Shown piece by piece: positions 8,319 through 17,917 of a stretch of DNA of 46,646 nt. Location: NCBI GenBank assembly GCA_964443545.1, contig CAYUCV010000003.1, positions 8,868-55,513 on the forward strand, written 5' to 3'. Position 1 is the first letter of the stretch. Every line of letters begins with the position of its first letter. Under the pieces are notes generated by a model. The model saw only the letters and a program-made list of their open reading frames with translations. It was not told the origin of the DNA and ran no database searches. The translations under genes were made by a program, and so were the position numbers. This DNA is from an uncultured bacterium (GTDB taxonomy: Bacteria > Margulisbacteria > WOR-1 > JAKLHX01 > JBAZKV01).

Positions 8319-9520
8319 GAAAGGAGCTCCTTGAAGGTTTTGGTCATGGCGGGAAGCACTTCAAAAAGGTCTCCCACAATGCCGTAGGTGGCCACATTAA
8401 AAATAGGTGCGAATTGGTCTTTGTTTATGGCCACGATCACATCTGACGAGGACATCCCTGCCAAATGCTGGATGGCCCCCGAAATGCCGCAGGCTATATA
8501 CAGTTTGGGGCTTACCGTCTTTCCGGTCTGTCCCACCTGGTGGAACTGGGATATCCAGCCGGCGTCCACAGTGGCGCGCGAGGCCCCCACTGCCCCGCCG
8601 ATGATATCTGCCAGGTCCTTTACAAGCTTAAAATTTTCGGCGCATCCAAGTCCGCGTCCGCCTGACACGATTATCTCGGCCTCCGCCAGGTTCACTTTCT
8701 TTTCTGTTGATTGTATTATCTCGAGAAGTTTGACCCTCAGCGACTTTTCCGATATCTTTACGGGTAACTCTATTATCCGGCCTTTTCTTGACGCGTCCGG
8801 CTGGAGTTTTTTGAACACTTTGGGCCGTACAGTGGCCATTTGCGGCCTAAAATCTGGAGAAATGATGGTGGCCATGATGTTGCCGCCAAAAGCGGGGCGG
8901 GTCTGGCGCAGGATCTTCTTTTCGGGGTCTATGTCAAGCCCGGTGCAGTCCGCGGTAAGCCCCACTCTTATCCTTGCCGCGATCCTTGAGGCAAGGTCTC
9001 TTCCGGTGGTGGTGGCCCCCATAAGCACTATCGCCGGGTTATGGGCTTTTATCAGTTCTACAATGGTATCGCAGTAGGGTTCGGTAGTGTAGTTCTTCAA
9101 TTTTGCATCGCTGCACACATAGACCTTATCTGCCCCGTAGTGTATCAGCTCCTGAGCGGCCTTCTTGATGCCCTCATCGCCTAAAAGCACCGCGGCCACT
9201 TCTTCGCCCAGGTCCGCAGCAAGTTTTCTGGCTTCGGCGATAAGCTCCATAGCCACTCCCTGCACTTTGCCCTGGTGCTGCTCGGCAAATACCCAGATAC
9301 CCTTAAAGCCGGAGAGGTCCTTTTTGGGGCCTTCTTTCTTGGTAACGGTGATCTCGATAGCTTTGAATTTGCAGGGGCCCACGCAGGCGCCGCACAGGAC
9401 GCATTTATCGTTGATGACGGCCAGTTTTCCGTGCATTTCTATCGCCCCGTACGGGCAGGAAGGCACGCAAAGCCTGCAGCCTTTGCATTTTTCCGCTATT
9501 ACTCTTATTCCTTCGGGCAT
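8315..9520 (-). CDS. etfA: Electron transfer flavoprotein alpha subunit with N-terminal 2x[4Fe-4S] ferredoxin domain
   Basis: CKGCRLCVPSCP and CVLCGACVGPC; GLTADCT, RPAFGGNIMATI, QVGQTGKTV, GISGAIQHLAGM. Confidence 0.94.
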   Translation of the reverse strand: MPEGIRVIAEKCKGCRLCVPSCPYGAIEMHGKLAVINDKCVLCGACVGPCKFKAIEITVTKKEGPKKDLSGFKGIWVFAEQHQGKVQGVAMELIAEARKLAADLGEEVAAVLLGDEGIKKAAQELIHYGADKVYVCSDAKLKNYTTEPYCDTIVELIKAHNPAIVLMGATTTGRDLASRIAARIRVGLTADCTGLDIDPEKKILRQTRPAFGGNIMATIISPDFRPQMATVRPKVFKKLQPDASRKGRIIELPVKISEKSLRVKLLEIIQSTEKKVNLAEAEIIVSGGRGLGCAENFKLVKDLADIIGGAVGASRATVDAGWISQFHQVGQTGKTVSPKLYIACGISGAIQHLAGMSSSDVIVAINKDQFAPIFNVATYGIVGDLFEVLPAMTKTFKELLS

Positions 9521-9521
9521 A

Positions 9522-10304
9522 TCAAAGCACCTTTTGTTCTTTTAGTTTGCCAAACAGGGTTTTTGCTATTATTTCTGGCTCGCCCTCAAGCAGCTCGCTC
9601 TTTCCCCTTGGCGGCGGCGTAAATATCCGAACCACTTTTGTGGGAGAGCCGTTCAAACCAGTATTATTCTCGTCTGCCGCAATATCTTTTGCGCTCCACG
9701 AAGGGATCGCCATCTTTTTTGCCCGCATCTGCCCCTTTAGCGAAGGCATTCTGGGCTCATTTATCTGCTTAATGACGGTAACAGCGGCCGGAAGATCCGT
9801 TTCTACTATCTCGGAAGTGTCCTCCAACTGGCGCTTGACCCGTATCTTGCCGCCTTCGGACTCTATGCTGATGGCAAAGGTGATCTGAGGGATGTCCAAA
9901 AACTCCGCTACCCCGGGGCCCACCTGCGCGGTGTCTCCGTCTATGGCCTGCTTTCCAAAAAGCACCAGATCATAGGCGCCGAGTTTTTTGATCGCCTGCG
10001 AAAGGGTGTAAGAGGTGGCCCAGGTGTCCGCCCCGGCAAAGGCCCTGTCGGATATGAGGACGGCTTCGTCCGCTCCCATTGCTATTGCTGTCTTTAGCGC
10101 GTCGGCCGCCTGCGGAGGGCCCATGGTGATAACGGTAACTTTGCCGCCGCCTGCGTCCCGGAGCCTCAAAGCGGCTTCAACGGCGTTCTCGTCAAAGGGA
10201 TTGATGATGCTCTTTACGCCCTCCCTGATGAGGGTGTTGGTTTTAGGGTCTATCCTGACATCGTTGGTGTCAGGTACCTGTTTTATGCAGACTACAATGT
10301 TCAT
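9522..10304 (-). CDS. etfB: Electron transfer flavoprotein beta subunit
   Basis: VCIKQVPDT, INPFDENAVEAA, DRAFAGADTWAT, GKQAIDGDTAQVGP. Confidence 0.95.
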   Translation of the reverse strand: MNIVVCIKQVPDTNDVRIDPKTNTLIREGVKSIINPFDENAVEAALRLRDAGGGKVTVITMGPPQAADALKTAIAMGADEAVLISDRAFAGADTWATSYTLSQAIKKLGAYDLVLFGKQAIDGDTAQVGPGVAEFLDIPQITFAISIESEGGKIRVKRQLEDTSEIVETDLPAAVTVIKQINEPRMPSLKGQMRAKKMAIPSWSAKDIAADENNTGLNGSPTKVVRIFTPPPRGKSELLEGEPEIIAKTLFGKLKEQKVL

Positions 10305-10331
10305 CTGTTCATTTTATTTTAACATACAACA

Positions 10332-10352
10332 GCCCCGCTTAAAAAGCGGGGC
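10332..10352. repeat. Perfect 9-bp palindromic stem-loop in the ACAD-etfB spacer
   Basis: GCCCCGCTT-AAA-AAGCGGGGC. Confidence 0.6.
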
Positions 10353-10372
10353 CGGATTATCGGTCTTTTTTG

Positions 10373-11530
10373 TTATTTTGTGGCAGCGGATTCTTTGATC
10401 AGCTGCAGGGCGATAACATTCCTCTGTATCTGGTTGGTGCCCTCGTATATCTGGGTTATCTTGGCGTCCCTCATGTATTTTTCCACGGGGTATTCTTTCA
10501 TATAGCCGTAGCCGCCCAGTATCTGTACCGCATCGACGGTGACCTTCATGGAAACATCGCTGGCAAAAAGTTTGCTCATGGCCGAATCCCTGGAGATGCT
10601 ATCTGTGCCGGTGTCAACGGTCCTGGCTGTTGCAATCACAAGGGCCCTTGCGGCTTCTATCTGCGTGGCCATGTCCGCAAGTATGTGCTGGACCCCCTGG
10701 AAAGAAGAAACGGGTTTGCCGAACTGCACCCTTGTCCTTGAGTAGTTAAGAGCTTCTTCAAAAGCGCCCTGCGCTATGCCCACCGCCTGTGCTCCTATGC
10801 CCGGCCTGGTCCTGTCCAGGGTCTTCATCGCGACAATGAACCCCATGCCTTCTTTACCAAGCATCTGTGATTTGTGTATCTTGCAGTCCTGGAACACAAG
10901 TTCCCTTGTTGCGGAGCATCTGATCCCCATCTTGTTCTCTTTTTTGCCGAAGGTAAAACCCGGCATGCCTTTTTCAAGGATAAAAGCGGTGGCCCCGCGG
11001 CTGCCCCTTTTTTTGTCCGTCATTGCGATCACCGTGTAGATCTCGGCTTCCCCGCCGTTGGTGATCCACTGCTTGGTCCCGTTGAGAATGTAGTAGTCGC
11101 CGTCCTTTTTGGCTGTGGTCTCTATCCCGCTGGCATCAGATCCCGCGTTGGCCTCGGTAAGGCCAAAGGCCGCCAGCTTTTTGCCGGAGGCAATTGGGGG
11201 AAGATACTTCTTTTTCTGTTCTTCCGTGCCGAAAAGCACTAAGGGATAGCAGCCCAGCGCTGATGCGGCAAAAGTGACGCCTACGCCTCCGCAGATCCTG
11301 CTGACCTCTTCGGTGGCCAGACAGAATTCAAGGCAGCCGCCGCCAAACCCGCCGTATTCGGGAGCTATATAGAGCCCGCAAAGATCGGCTTCGGCAAAGA
11401 CCTTCATGAGTTCCCAGGGGAACTGGCCAGTTTCGTCAAGTTCGGCCCTTAAGGGTTTCACTTTTTCTTCAGAAATCTTCCTCGCAAGGTCCTTGATCAT
11501 CTTTTGCTCATCAGTCAACAAATAGTCCAT
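10373..11530 (-). CDS. Acyl-CoA dehydrogenase (butyryl-CoA dehydrogenase/Bcd-like)
   Basis: AFGLTEANAGSDA, LNGTKQWITNG, RVQFGKP, QILGGYGYMKEYPVEKYMRDAKITQIYEGTNQIQR. Start taken at MDYLL (11530). Confidence 0.93.
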   Translation of the reverse strand: MDYLLTDEQKMIKDLARKISEEKVKPLRAELDETGQFPWELMKVFAEADLCGLYIAPEYGGFGGGCLEFCLATEEVSRICGGVGVTFAASALGCYPLVLFGTEEQKKKYLPPIASGKKLAAFGLTEANAGSDASGIETTAKKDGDYYILNGTKQWITNGGEAEIYTVIAMTDKKRGSRGATAFILEKGMPGFTFGKKENKMGIRCSATRELVFQDCKIHKSQMLGKEGMGFIVAMKTLDRTRPGIGAQAVGIAQGAFEEALNYSRTRVQFGKPVSSFQGVQHILADMATQIEAARALVIATARTVDTGTDSISRDSAMSKLFASDVSMKVTVDAVQILGGYGYMKEYPVEKYMRDAKITQIYEGTNQIQRNVIALQLIKESAATK

Positions 11531-11535
11531 TGCCG

Positions 11536-12513
11536 CTAAACCCCCCATTTAATAATATTGGCGCCCGATGTGAGCCCGGCGCCAAAGCCGACCACCGCAA
11601 TTATATCACCTTTCTTTATCCTGCCGTCTTTGAGCGCTTCGTCAAGGGCGATAGGGATCGAAGCCGCGGAAGTGTTGCCGTATTTTTCCAGATTTACAAA
11701 GACCTTTTCTTTTGGGATGCCGAATTTTTTCATTGCGTGGTCTATTATCCTTATATTGGCCTGGTGAGGGATCAAAAGGTCTATTCTATCGTGGGTAAGG
11801 CCGGCTGAGCCAAGGGCGCTGAGCAGGGTATTTTCAAAAGCTTTTACCGCAAATTTAAAAACTTCCTTGCCGTTCATGGTTATACAGCGTTCTTTTTCGT
11901 CCTTTGGCCTGGGGTTCCTGCTGCCCCCGCCGGGCATTGTAAGATACGGCGCTCCGGTCCCGTCCGAGGTCAGCGTGCTTGCAAGTATGCCTTCTCCTGC
12001 TTTTGCCTGCGAAAGCACCACCGCTCCGGCTCCGTCGCCAAAAAGAACGCAGGTTCCGCGGTCGCTCCAATCAAGATATTTTGCCAGAGTGTCCGCGCCT
12101 ACAACAAGAGCCTTTTTGCTGCTGCCCGCCTTAAAAAAATTGGAAGCAACGGTCAGGGCAAAATTAAACCCCGAGCAGGCGGCCGAAACATCAAAAGCGG
12201 CGGCATTTTTTGCGCCGATCTTGCCCTGAATGATGCAGCCGACAGAAGGGAACAGCGTGTCGGGGGTGGAAGTGCCTACTATTATAAGGTCGAGCTCCTC
12301 CGGGGAGGTTTTGGAAGCCTTAAGGGCTTTTTCTACAGCGAGCATGGCAAGGTCCGAAGTTGAGGTTTTTTCGTCCGATACCCTTCGCTGCCCTATGCCG
12401 GTCCTTGTCTTTATCCACTCGTCCGAAGTGTCAACTATCTTTGACAGATCAAGGTTGGTCAGGACCTTTTCGGGCAGCGCGGAGCCTGTACCTATTATCT
12501 TTGCGTTGCTCAT
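11536..12513 (-). CDS. fabH: 3-oxoacyl-ACP synthase III
   Basis: DTSDEWIKTRTGI, AACSGF, LFGDGAGA, PHQAN, YGNTSAASIP. Confidence 0.97.
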   Translation of the reverse strand: MSNAKIIGTGSALPEKVLTNLDLSKIVDTSDEWIKTRTGIGQRRVSDEKTSTSDLAMLAVEKALKASKTSPEELDLIIVGTSTPDTLFPSVGCIIQGKIGAKNAAAFDVSAACSGFNFALTVASNFFKAGSSKKALVVGADTLAKYLDWSDRGTCVLFGDGAGAVVLSQAKAGEGILASTLTSDGTGAPYLTMPGGGSRNPRPKDEKERCITMNGKEVFKFAVKAFENTLLSALGSAGLTHDRIDLLIPHQANIRIIDHAMKKFGIPKEKVFVNLEKYGNTSAASIPIALDEALKDGRIKKGDIIAVVGFGAGLTSGANIIKWGV

Positions 12514-13484
12514 TTTATGCCGCAGCTGATGCTTTCAACTATATTTTCCTTTACGGATTCCGCGCAGCTCTTTATGGCGTTCTTTATAGCCTTGGCCTTT
12601 GCCCTGCCGTGCGCTTTAAAAACGATTCCGTTAAGCCCCAGTATCAGGGCGGCTCCAAATTCATCATAATCTATTTTCTTTTTTATGCCGAGCAGGGCGG
12701 GCAGAAGAAGCGTAGCCCCAAGCATTGAGACCGGATTGCGCAGCATTTCTTTCTTAATCAGTTTGAACACCATGGAGGTGGCGCTTTCCCCGAACTTCAG
12801 GATTATGTTGCCGATAAAGCCGTCGCAGACCACAACATCGGTCTTTCCGGTAAGTATGTCGCCGCCTTCTATGTGGCCGATAAAGTTGAGCCCGCTTTCC
12901 TTGAGCAGGGGATAAGTATCTGCTGTAAGTTCATTGCCCTTTTCGGTCTCTTCGCCTATGTTAAGCAGGCCTATCCGCGGGTTTTTTACATGCATAACAT
13001 GTCCGGCGTACTGCGAACCCATCTGAGCGAACTGCAGCAGGTTCTTGGGCTTGCAGTCTACATTTGCTCCCATGTCCAGCAGCAGTACCTTGCCCCCGTT
13101 CATTGTAGGGAACACGGTTGCTATGGCCGGGCGTTCTACGGCCTCTATGCGGCCCAGCTTAAAAAGGGCCGAGGCTATAAGCGCTCCGGTGTTCCCGGCA
13201 GAAATAACTGCGTCCACTTTTTTTTCTTTAAGAAGATTGAGGGCCACATTTATGGAGGAGTCTTTTTTCTGTTTAACCGAGGAAACCGGGGATTCGTGCA
13301 TACCGATCACCTCGGAAGCATGCACTATCTCAAAGGTCGAAGCTTTTTTGATGCTTTTTAGGACTTTTTCGTTGCCGACAAGCACTATCTGAATATCGCC
13401 GCTGCCGGACGCCGAAAGCGCGCCTCTTATAATCTCAGCGGGGGCATGATCTCCGCCCATAGCGTCAAGGGCGATGCGTATCAA
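12510..13484 (-). CDS. plsX: Phosphate:acyl-ACP acyltransferase
   Basis: IALDAMGGDHAP, SAGNTGA, LLDMGAN, VVCDGFIGNI, KAHG. Confidence 0.96.
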   Translation of the reverse strand: MIRIALDAMGGDHAPAEIIRGALSASGSGDIQIVLVGNEKVLKSIKKASTFEIVHASEVIGMHESPVSSVKQKKDSSINVALNLLKEKKVDAVISAGNTGALIASALFKLGRIEAVERPAIATVFPTMNGGKVLLLDMGANVDCKPKNLLQFAQMGSQYAGHVMHVKNPRIGLLNIGEETEKGNELTADTYPLLKESGLNFIGHIEGGDILTGKTDVVVCDGFIGNIILKFGESATSMVFKLIKKEMLRNPVSMLGATLLLPALLGIKKKIDYDEFGAALILGLNGIVFKAHGRAKAKAIKNAIKSCAESVKENIVESISCGIK

Positions 13485-13487
13485 GGA

Positions 13488-13691
13488 TCAGTTCTCCTTT
13501 TTTTTCGGCTTCTTTTCTTTGATCGCAATGACCTGGCGCCCTTTGTACTTGCCGCATACCGAACACGCGGTGTGAGAAAGCACTTCGCTGCCACACTCCG
13601 GACAGGACCCGTAATTGACCGGCTTGATCTTCCAGGTGGCCCTTCTTCTGAGCGTCCTGGTGTTACTGTGTCTCTTTTTTGGGACCGGCAT
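13488..13691 (-). CDS. rpmF: 50S ribosomal protein L32 (Zn-ribbon type)
   Basis: MPVPKKRHS, CPEC..H..CSVCGKYKG; yceD-rpmF-plsX context. Confidence 0.96.
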   Translation of the reverse strand: MPVPKKRHSNTRTLRRRATWKIKPVNYGSCPECGSEVLSHTACSVCGKYKGRQVIAIKEKKPKKKEN

Positions 13692-14154
13692 TTCTTTCTT
13701 CCTCCTTTTTAAAGACCTCTTTAAGTTTTTCCAGTCTCGGATCGATCACTTTTTTCTTTTCCGAACTTCCGGGCACTTTGCAGTCCTTAGAACAGATCGT
13801 CTGTATCGGCATGGAAGCCAGAAGGTTTTGCCTGAGAGCTTCCGACAGGTCTATATAGTTGTCGCTGCTTATGGGAAAGGTCATCTCGTCCGACGGTTCC
13901 CGGCAGAATTGCTCTTCTATGTTAACCTTAAGGTCCCCAGTAAAGGCTTTGCCGCACCGGCTGCAGGTTAAAGCGGCCTTTGCTGACAGCTTACCTGTGG
14001 CCAGAATGCCTTCGCCCGCGTTGACCAGATGAAGCGATGCTTTTACCGGGCCCAGGACCTCAAGCCCGTCCTGCGGCCAGGAGAGCTTTTCCTCCCGCCT
14101 AAAATCAGCCTCATTGCCGATGTGCTTGAGGAGCTCCCCGACGTCTGCTTTCAT
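13663..14154 (-). CDS. yceD: DUF177/YceD family protein
   Basis: CSRC, IDLSEALRQNLLASMP..CSKDCK, DPRLEKL; directly upstream of rpmF. Confidence 0.88.
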   Translation of the reverse strand: MKADVGELLKHIGNEADFRREEKLSWPQDGLEVLGPVKASLHLVNAGEGILATGKLSAKAALTCSRCGKAFTGDLKVNIEEQFCREPSDEMTFPISSDNYIDLSEALRQNLLASMPIQTICSKDCKVPGSSEKKKVIDPRLEKLKEVFKKEEERNAGPKKETQ

Positions 14155-14165
14155 CTTCTGTTTTC

Positions 14166-14195
14166 ATTATAAGGCAAGCGGAGCCGGGGTGTCAA
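14166..14195 (-). promoter_or_regulatory. Consensus sigma70 promoter of the yceD-fab operon
   Basis: TTGACA-18 bp-TATAAT; yceD ATG follows 11 nt after the -10 element. Confidence 0.75.
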
Positions 14196-14196
14196 A

Positions 14197-15090
14197 TCAG
14201 CCTCTGGCCCTGGGATGGGCCTTGTTGTGGACGCTTTTGAGCCTTTCTTTGGTTATATGTGTATATACCTGAGTGGTAGAGAGGCTGCTGTGGCCCAAAA
14301 GTTCCTGAACGCTGCGAAGATCGGCCCCCCGCTCAAGAAGATGGGTAGCAAAACTATGCCTTAGGCTGTGAGGGGTCACTTTTTTGGCGATTCCCGCGGC
14401 CTTTGAATATCTTGCGATGAGGCGCTCTATGCTGCGGCCCGTGAGCCGGCCCCCGAGGCGGCCCAAAAACAGCGCTCTGTTCCTCTCCTTTTTGCCGTGA
14501 AGTTTGGGACGGGCCGACTTAATATAATCAAAGAGAGCGGCCCTGGCGTATGAGCCTATAAGGACCACTCTTTCTTTTGAGCCTTTCCCCATTACGAGGA
14601 CCTCGCCGCTTTCAGGGTCGATATCCGAAAGGTTAAGCGCAGCAGCTTCGCTTACGCGCATTCCCGAGGCGTAAAGCAGTTCAAGGATGGCCTTGTCCCT
14701 CATTCCCTGCGGGGTTTTTATGTTCACCGCCTCAAGAAGAGAGGATATTTCCTCTTCATACAAGAACGAGGGGAGTTTTTTCTCCGCCTTTGGGATCGAA
14801 ACGGCTTTCCAGATATTCTTGTCGAGCCTTTTTTCCTTTACAAGATATCTGTAAAAACTGCGCAGGCACGAGATCTTTCTTGCTATCGATTTTCTGCCGT
14901 GCTTCTTTTCCTCGAGCCTGACCAGATAAGTGCGCGCAAGGTTCCTGGTCATAGAAAGGTGGGGCAGGGAATTTTCCTTCAAAAATGCAGAGTATTCTTT
15001 AAGGTCCAGCAGGTAGCTGCTCAAAGTGTGGGGGGAGTATTTTCTTTCGTCCCTCAGGTACGACAAAAAGCCTTGTATGTCATTATCCAT
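14197..15090 (-). CDS. xerC: Tyrosine recombinase XerC/XerD family
   Basis: N-terminal SAM-like domain (YSPHTLSSY), LYASGMRVSE, GKGSKER, HSLRHSFATHLL, LLGHSSLSTTQVYT. Confidence 0.88.
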   Translation of the reverse strand: MDNDIQGFLSYLRDERKYSPHTLSSYLLDLKEYSAFLKENSLPHLSMTRNLARTYLVRLEEKKHGRKSIARKISCLRSFYRYLVKEKRLDKNIWKAVSIPKAEKKLPSFLYEEEISSLLEAVNIKTPQGMRDKAILELLYASGMRVSEAAALNLSDIDPESGEVLVMGKGSKERVVLIGSYARAALFDYIKSARPKLHGKKERNRALFLGRLGGRLTGRSIERLIARYSKAAGIAKKVTPHSLRHSFATHLLERGADLRSVQELLGHSSLSTTQVYTHITKERLKSVHNKAHPRARG

Positions 15091-15093
15091 CTG

Positions 15094-15531
15094 CTAAAGC
15101 AGTCCAAACCTCGTCTTTGCCTCGGCGGTCATGGGGTGGATCTTTCCGCCCTCTTTAAACCATTCGTCCTTTTCCGCCCCCTTGTCAAGGGACCTGGTGT
15201 CTATATGTATGAACTTATCTTCGGGATAATATCCCAGCCCCCGTATTTCGGGTATGGTTTTTACAAAATTGTAAAGGTCGTTAAGCTTAACCCCGTCTAT
15301 GTATATATGAGCGGCTTTGCCCTGGCTGTGGGCATTTTTTTTGCCGATGTTGTGCTTGTCGTTATAGTACTCGCACCTAAAGGCAGAGGCTATCCTCGGA
15401 GTCCTTTTAAAGTTGAAGCCTATCATCTCCAGCGCGCCCACCAGCCCAAGATGCACCCTGATGTCATTCCTGCACTGGCCGCACCGGCACACAAAATCCC
15501 TCGAATTAAAGTGTTCGCTCAAATTGCCCAT
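15094..15531 (-). CDS. Peptidase M15A-like (D-Ala-D-Ala carboxypeptidase family) metallopeptidase
   Basis: LSEHF..DFVCRCG, SAFRC..YN, HSQGKAA, GLGYY, FIHIDTR. Confidence 0.82.
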   Translation of the reverse strand: MGNLSEHFNSRDFVCRCGQCRNDIRVHLGLVGALEMIGFNFKRTPRIASAFRCEYYNDKHNIGKKNAHSQGKAAHIYIDGVKLNDLYNFVKTIPEIRGLGYYPEDKFIHIDTRSLDKGAEKDEWFKEGGKIHPMTAEAKTRFGLL

Positions 15532-15540
15532 TGCAAAGTA

Positions 15541-15569
15541 ATTTTAGCATCCGTTGAGGGCTTTGGCAA
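15541..15569 (-). promoter_or_regulatory. Sigma70 promoter for the M15 peptidase-xerC genes
   Basis: TTGCCA-17 bp-TAAAAT with extended -10 TG; ATG 9 nt after the -10. Confidence 0.6.
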
Positions 15570-15582
15570 ACTGTGATAAAAT
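15554..15582 (+). promoter_or_regulatory. Sigma70 promoter for metK (overlaps the divergent promoter)
   Basis: TTGAGG-17 bp-TAAAAT with extended -10 TG. Confidence 0.5.
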
Positions 15583-15622
15583 TGCATTTGTCCGTGAAAA
15601 TATAGGAAACAAAGGAGTTTTT

Positions 15623-16816
15623 ATGTCCAAGAAGCATTTTTTTACTTCCGAATCGGTGACGGAGGGACATCCGGACAAGATGTGCGACCAGATATCCGAT
15701 TCCATTCTTGATGCCATCATAGAAAAAGACCCTCCTGCCAGGGTGGCAGTCGAGGCGCTTACCACCAACGGCCTTGTTGTTGTTGCCGGAGAGGTAACCA
15801 CAGGCACTTATGTCGACATCCCTTCCATTGTAAGGAACACGATAAAGGATATCGGCTATGTGAGCAGGGAAATAGGCTTTGATTATGAGACCTGCGGCGT
15901 CCTTGTCTCGATCAAGGAGCAGTCCAAGGACATTGCCCGCGGGGTTGACACCGCTCTGGAGATCCGCGGAGGCGAGGTCGTGAAAGAGGACCTGGAAGGG
16001 CTGGGGGCGGGGGACCAGGGTCTTATGTTCGGCTTTGCCTGCAGCGAAACTCCGGAGTTGATGCCTCTTCCGATCAGTCTTGCTCAAAAACTTGCCAAAA
16101 AACTGGCCGATGTAAGAAAAAGCGGAGAACTAAAATACCTGAGGGCCGACGGGAAATCCCAGGTCACAGTGGAATACCAGGATAATAAACCCGTCAGGGT
16201 GGACAGCGTGCTCATAGCTTCGCAGCATGACCCGGATATCGATTCCGAGCAGATAAAAAAGGACATCATAGAAAAGGTGGTCAAAAAAATAGTTCCCGAG
16301 AAACTTATGGACAAGAACACCAAGTTCTATGTGAATCCGACGGGCCGGTTCGTGATAGGAGGGCCCCAGGGCGACACCGGGCTTACCGGAAGAAAGATCA
16401 TAGTTGATACCTACGGAGGCTATGCCAGGCACGGTGGCGGCGCGTTTTCCGGAAAAGACCCAACAAAGGTGGACCGTTCCGCCTGCTACGCGGTCAGATA
16501 TGTTGCCAAGAACATAGTCGCGGCAGGGCTGGCAGAGCGGTGTGAGGTCCAGGTCGCCTATGCCATAGGCGTTGCACGGCCGATGTCGGTAATGGTGGAG
16601 ACTTTTGGCACGGGAAAGATCTCCGACAACAAGATCCAGGAACTTATCAACAAGCATTTTGACCTAAGGCCCGGGATAATAATCAGGGAACTAAAGTTAA
16701 GGCGGCCTCTTTACAGGCAGGTGGCTTCTTACGGGCACTTCGGCAGGCCTGAGCTGGATTTGCCGTGGGAGAGCACCGACAAAGCCGCGGCGCTTAAGAA
16801 GGATGCCGGGATCTAG
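15623..16816 (+). CDS. metK: S-adenosylmethionine synthetase
   Basis: [35 protein letters not shown]. Start at MSKKH behind AAAGGAG SD. Confidence 0.98.
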   Translation: MSKKHFFTSESVTEGHPDKMCDQISDSILDAIIEKDPPARVAVEALTTNGLVVVAGEVTTGTYVDIPSIVRNTIKDIGYVSREIGFDYETCGVLVSIKEQSKDIARGVDTALEIRGGEVVKEDLEGLGAGDQGLMFGFACSETPELMPLPISLAQKLAKKLADVRKSGELKYLRADGKSQVTVEYQDNKPVRVDSVLIASQHDPDIDSEQIKKDIIEKVVKKIVPEKLMDKNTKFYVNPTGRFVIGGPQGDTGLTGRKIIVDTYGGYARHGGGAFSGKDPTKVDRSACYAVRYVAKNIVAAGLAERCEVQVAYAIGVARPMSVMVETFGTGKISDNKIQELINKHFDLRPGIIIRELKLRRPLYRQVASYGHFGRPELDLPWESTDKAAALKKDAGI

Positions 16817-17904
16817 TTTTTTGCCCTTATTACCAGCGCATTGCTGACACCCTGCTGAAAACCGTCCGAGGGGATATTGACCACCCTGTCCTTTAAGAAC
16901 AGAGTTGAGGAGCTGCCGCCGTCAAGAGCGATGGCGTCCTTTGCACCCAGTCCGATAAGCGTTTCGGCAAGCTCATGAAAGGTCAGGCCTTTTCTTCTTT
17001 TGTTGCGCCTTGCGGAATTGCCCTCTGACACAACAATGAGCAGTTTATTGTCTTTTGTCATTCCTATCGCCGAGCGGGCGTTCCTTCCAATAAGGTCGCT
17101 GCTGCAATATTCGTCCCTGATGCAGGCTTCCGATACATTGACCCCGTTATCCACCAGCCTGGGTCCTCCTGTTATGACATGGTCTATGCTTTCCCACCCC
17201 TCGGACAGGCTGTACCTTGCCTCTATGGAGGCTCCCGGAGGCAGTGTGTTGGAATAATCCCTGGTCCAGCCGTGGAAGGAGATAACATAACCGTTGTCGG
17301 GGATAGGAGAATTCCCGGCCGAGATACCGAACACCCTGTCATCCTCTATAATAAGTTCCACCCCGTTCTCATTGGTCTTTGTGGATGCGCCGTATTCGGG
17401 AGTGTATATTATTATCTCGTGTTCCTTTCGGGGCCTGTTCATGCCCCAGATCTCAAGTTCCTGCCCCGTTTCTTTGTTGATGATCTTTCCCATGAACTTG
17501 GGTATGCCGAACTTTACTTCCTTATTGCCGGATATGCCTATTGCAGACCTGTTGAGAAGGGATTTTGTTATTACATTGCCGTTTATTACCAGCAGCCCCA
17601 GAGGAAGATACGGCCGGTTCCTCTTAAAAAAAGAGCCGTTGACCGCCGCAAGAGCGCCATACCTTTTTGCGATAGAATCCACGGATTCCAGCCTGCCAAC
17701 GGCCTCTCTGGCCAGGGCGGGGAAGACCTCAAAGGAACCGGAGGTAAGGTCGAGCTTGACCGCGTGGATGCTGAGAGTCTGCCCCGAAGGCATGGTCCTT
17801 ACGATGTGGGTGTAATCTATGCCTTCGTCCAGGTGTTTGGTAAAGACTTTGTCAAAAGCCGGGCAGGCCCCGCAGAGAACAAGGGCCATGGCAAGGCAAA
17901 GCAA
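16813..17904 (-). CDS. Secreted phosphodiester glycosidase family protein (NAGPA/DUF2233)
   Basis: Signal-peptide-like N-terminus, [33 protein letters not shown]. Exact start uncertain. Confidence 0.85.
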   Translation of the reverse strand: MLCLAMALVLCGACPAFDKVFTKHLDEGIDYTHIVRTMPSGQTLSIHAVKLDLTSGSFEVFPALAREAVGRLESVDSIAKRYGALAAVNGSFFKRNRPYLPLGLLVINGNVITKSLLNRSAIGISGNKEVKFGIPKFMGKIINKETGQELEIWGMNRPRKEHEIIIYTPEYGASTKTNENGVELIIEDDRVFGISAGNSPIPDNGYVISFHGWTRDYSNTLPPGASIEARYSLSEGWESIDHVITGGPRLVDNGVNVSEACIRDEYCSSDLIGRNARSAIGMTKDNKLLIVVSEGNSARRNKRRKGLTFHELAETLIGLGAKDAIALDGGSSSTLFLKDRVVNIPSDGFQQGVSNALVIRAKN

Positions 17905-17917
17905 TGAGGTCTTTATA

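Noticed and set aside
14197-15090. Tyrosine recombinase as a prophage or island integrase
   Set aside because: Length and motifs fit chromosomal XerC/D; neighbours are housekeeping genes; no att repeats, tRNA or phage genes seen.
15583-15622. SAM riboswitch upstream of metK
   Set aside because: Only about 40 nt lie between the predicted -10 and the start codon, and there is no SAM-I core sequence.
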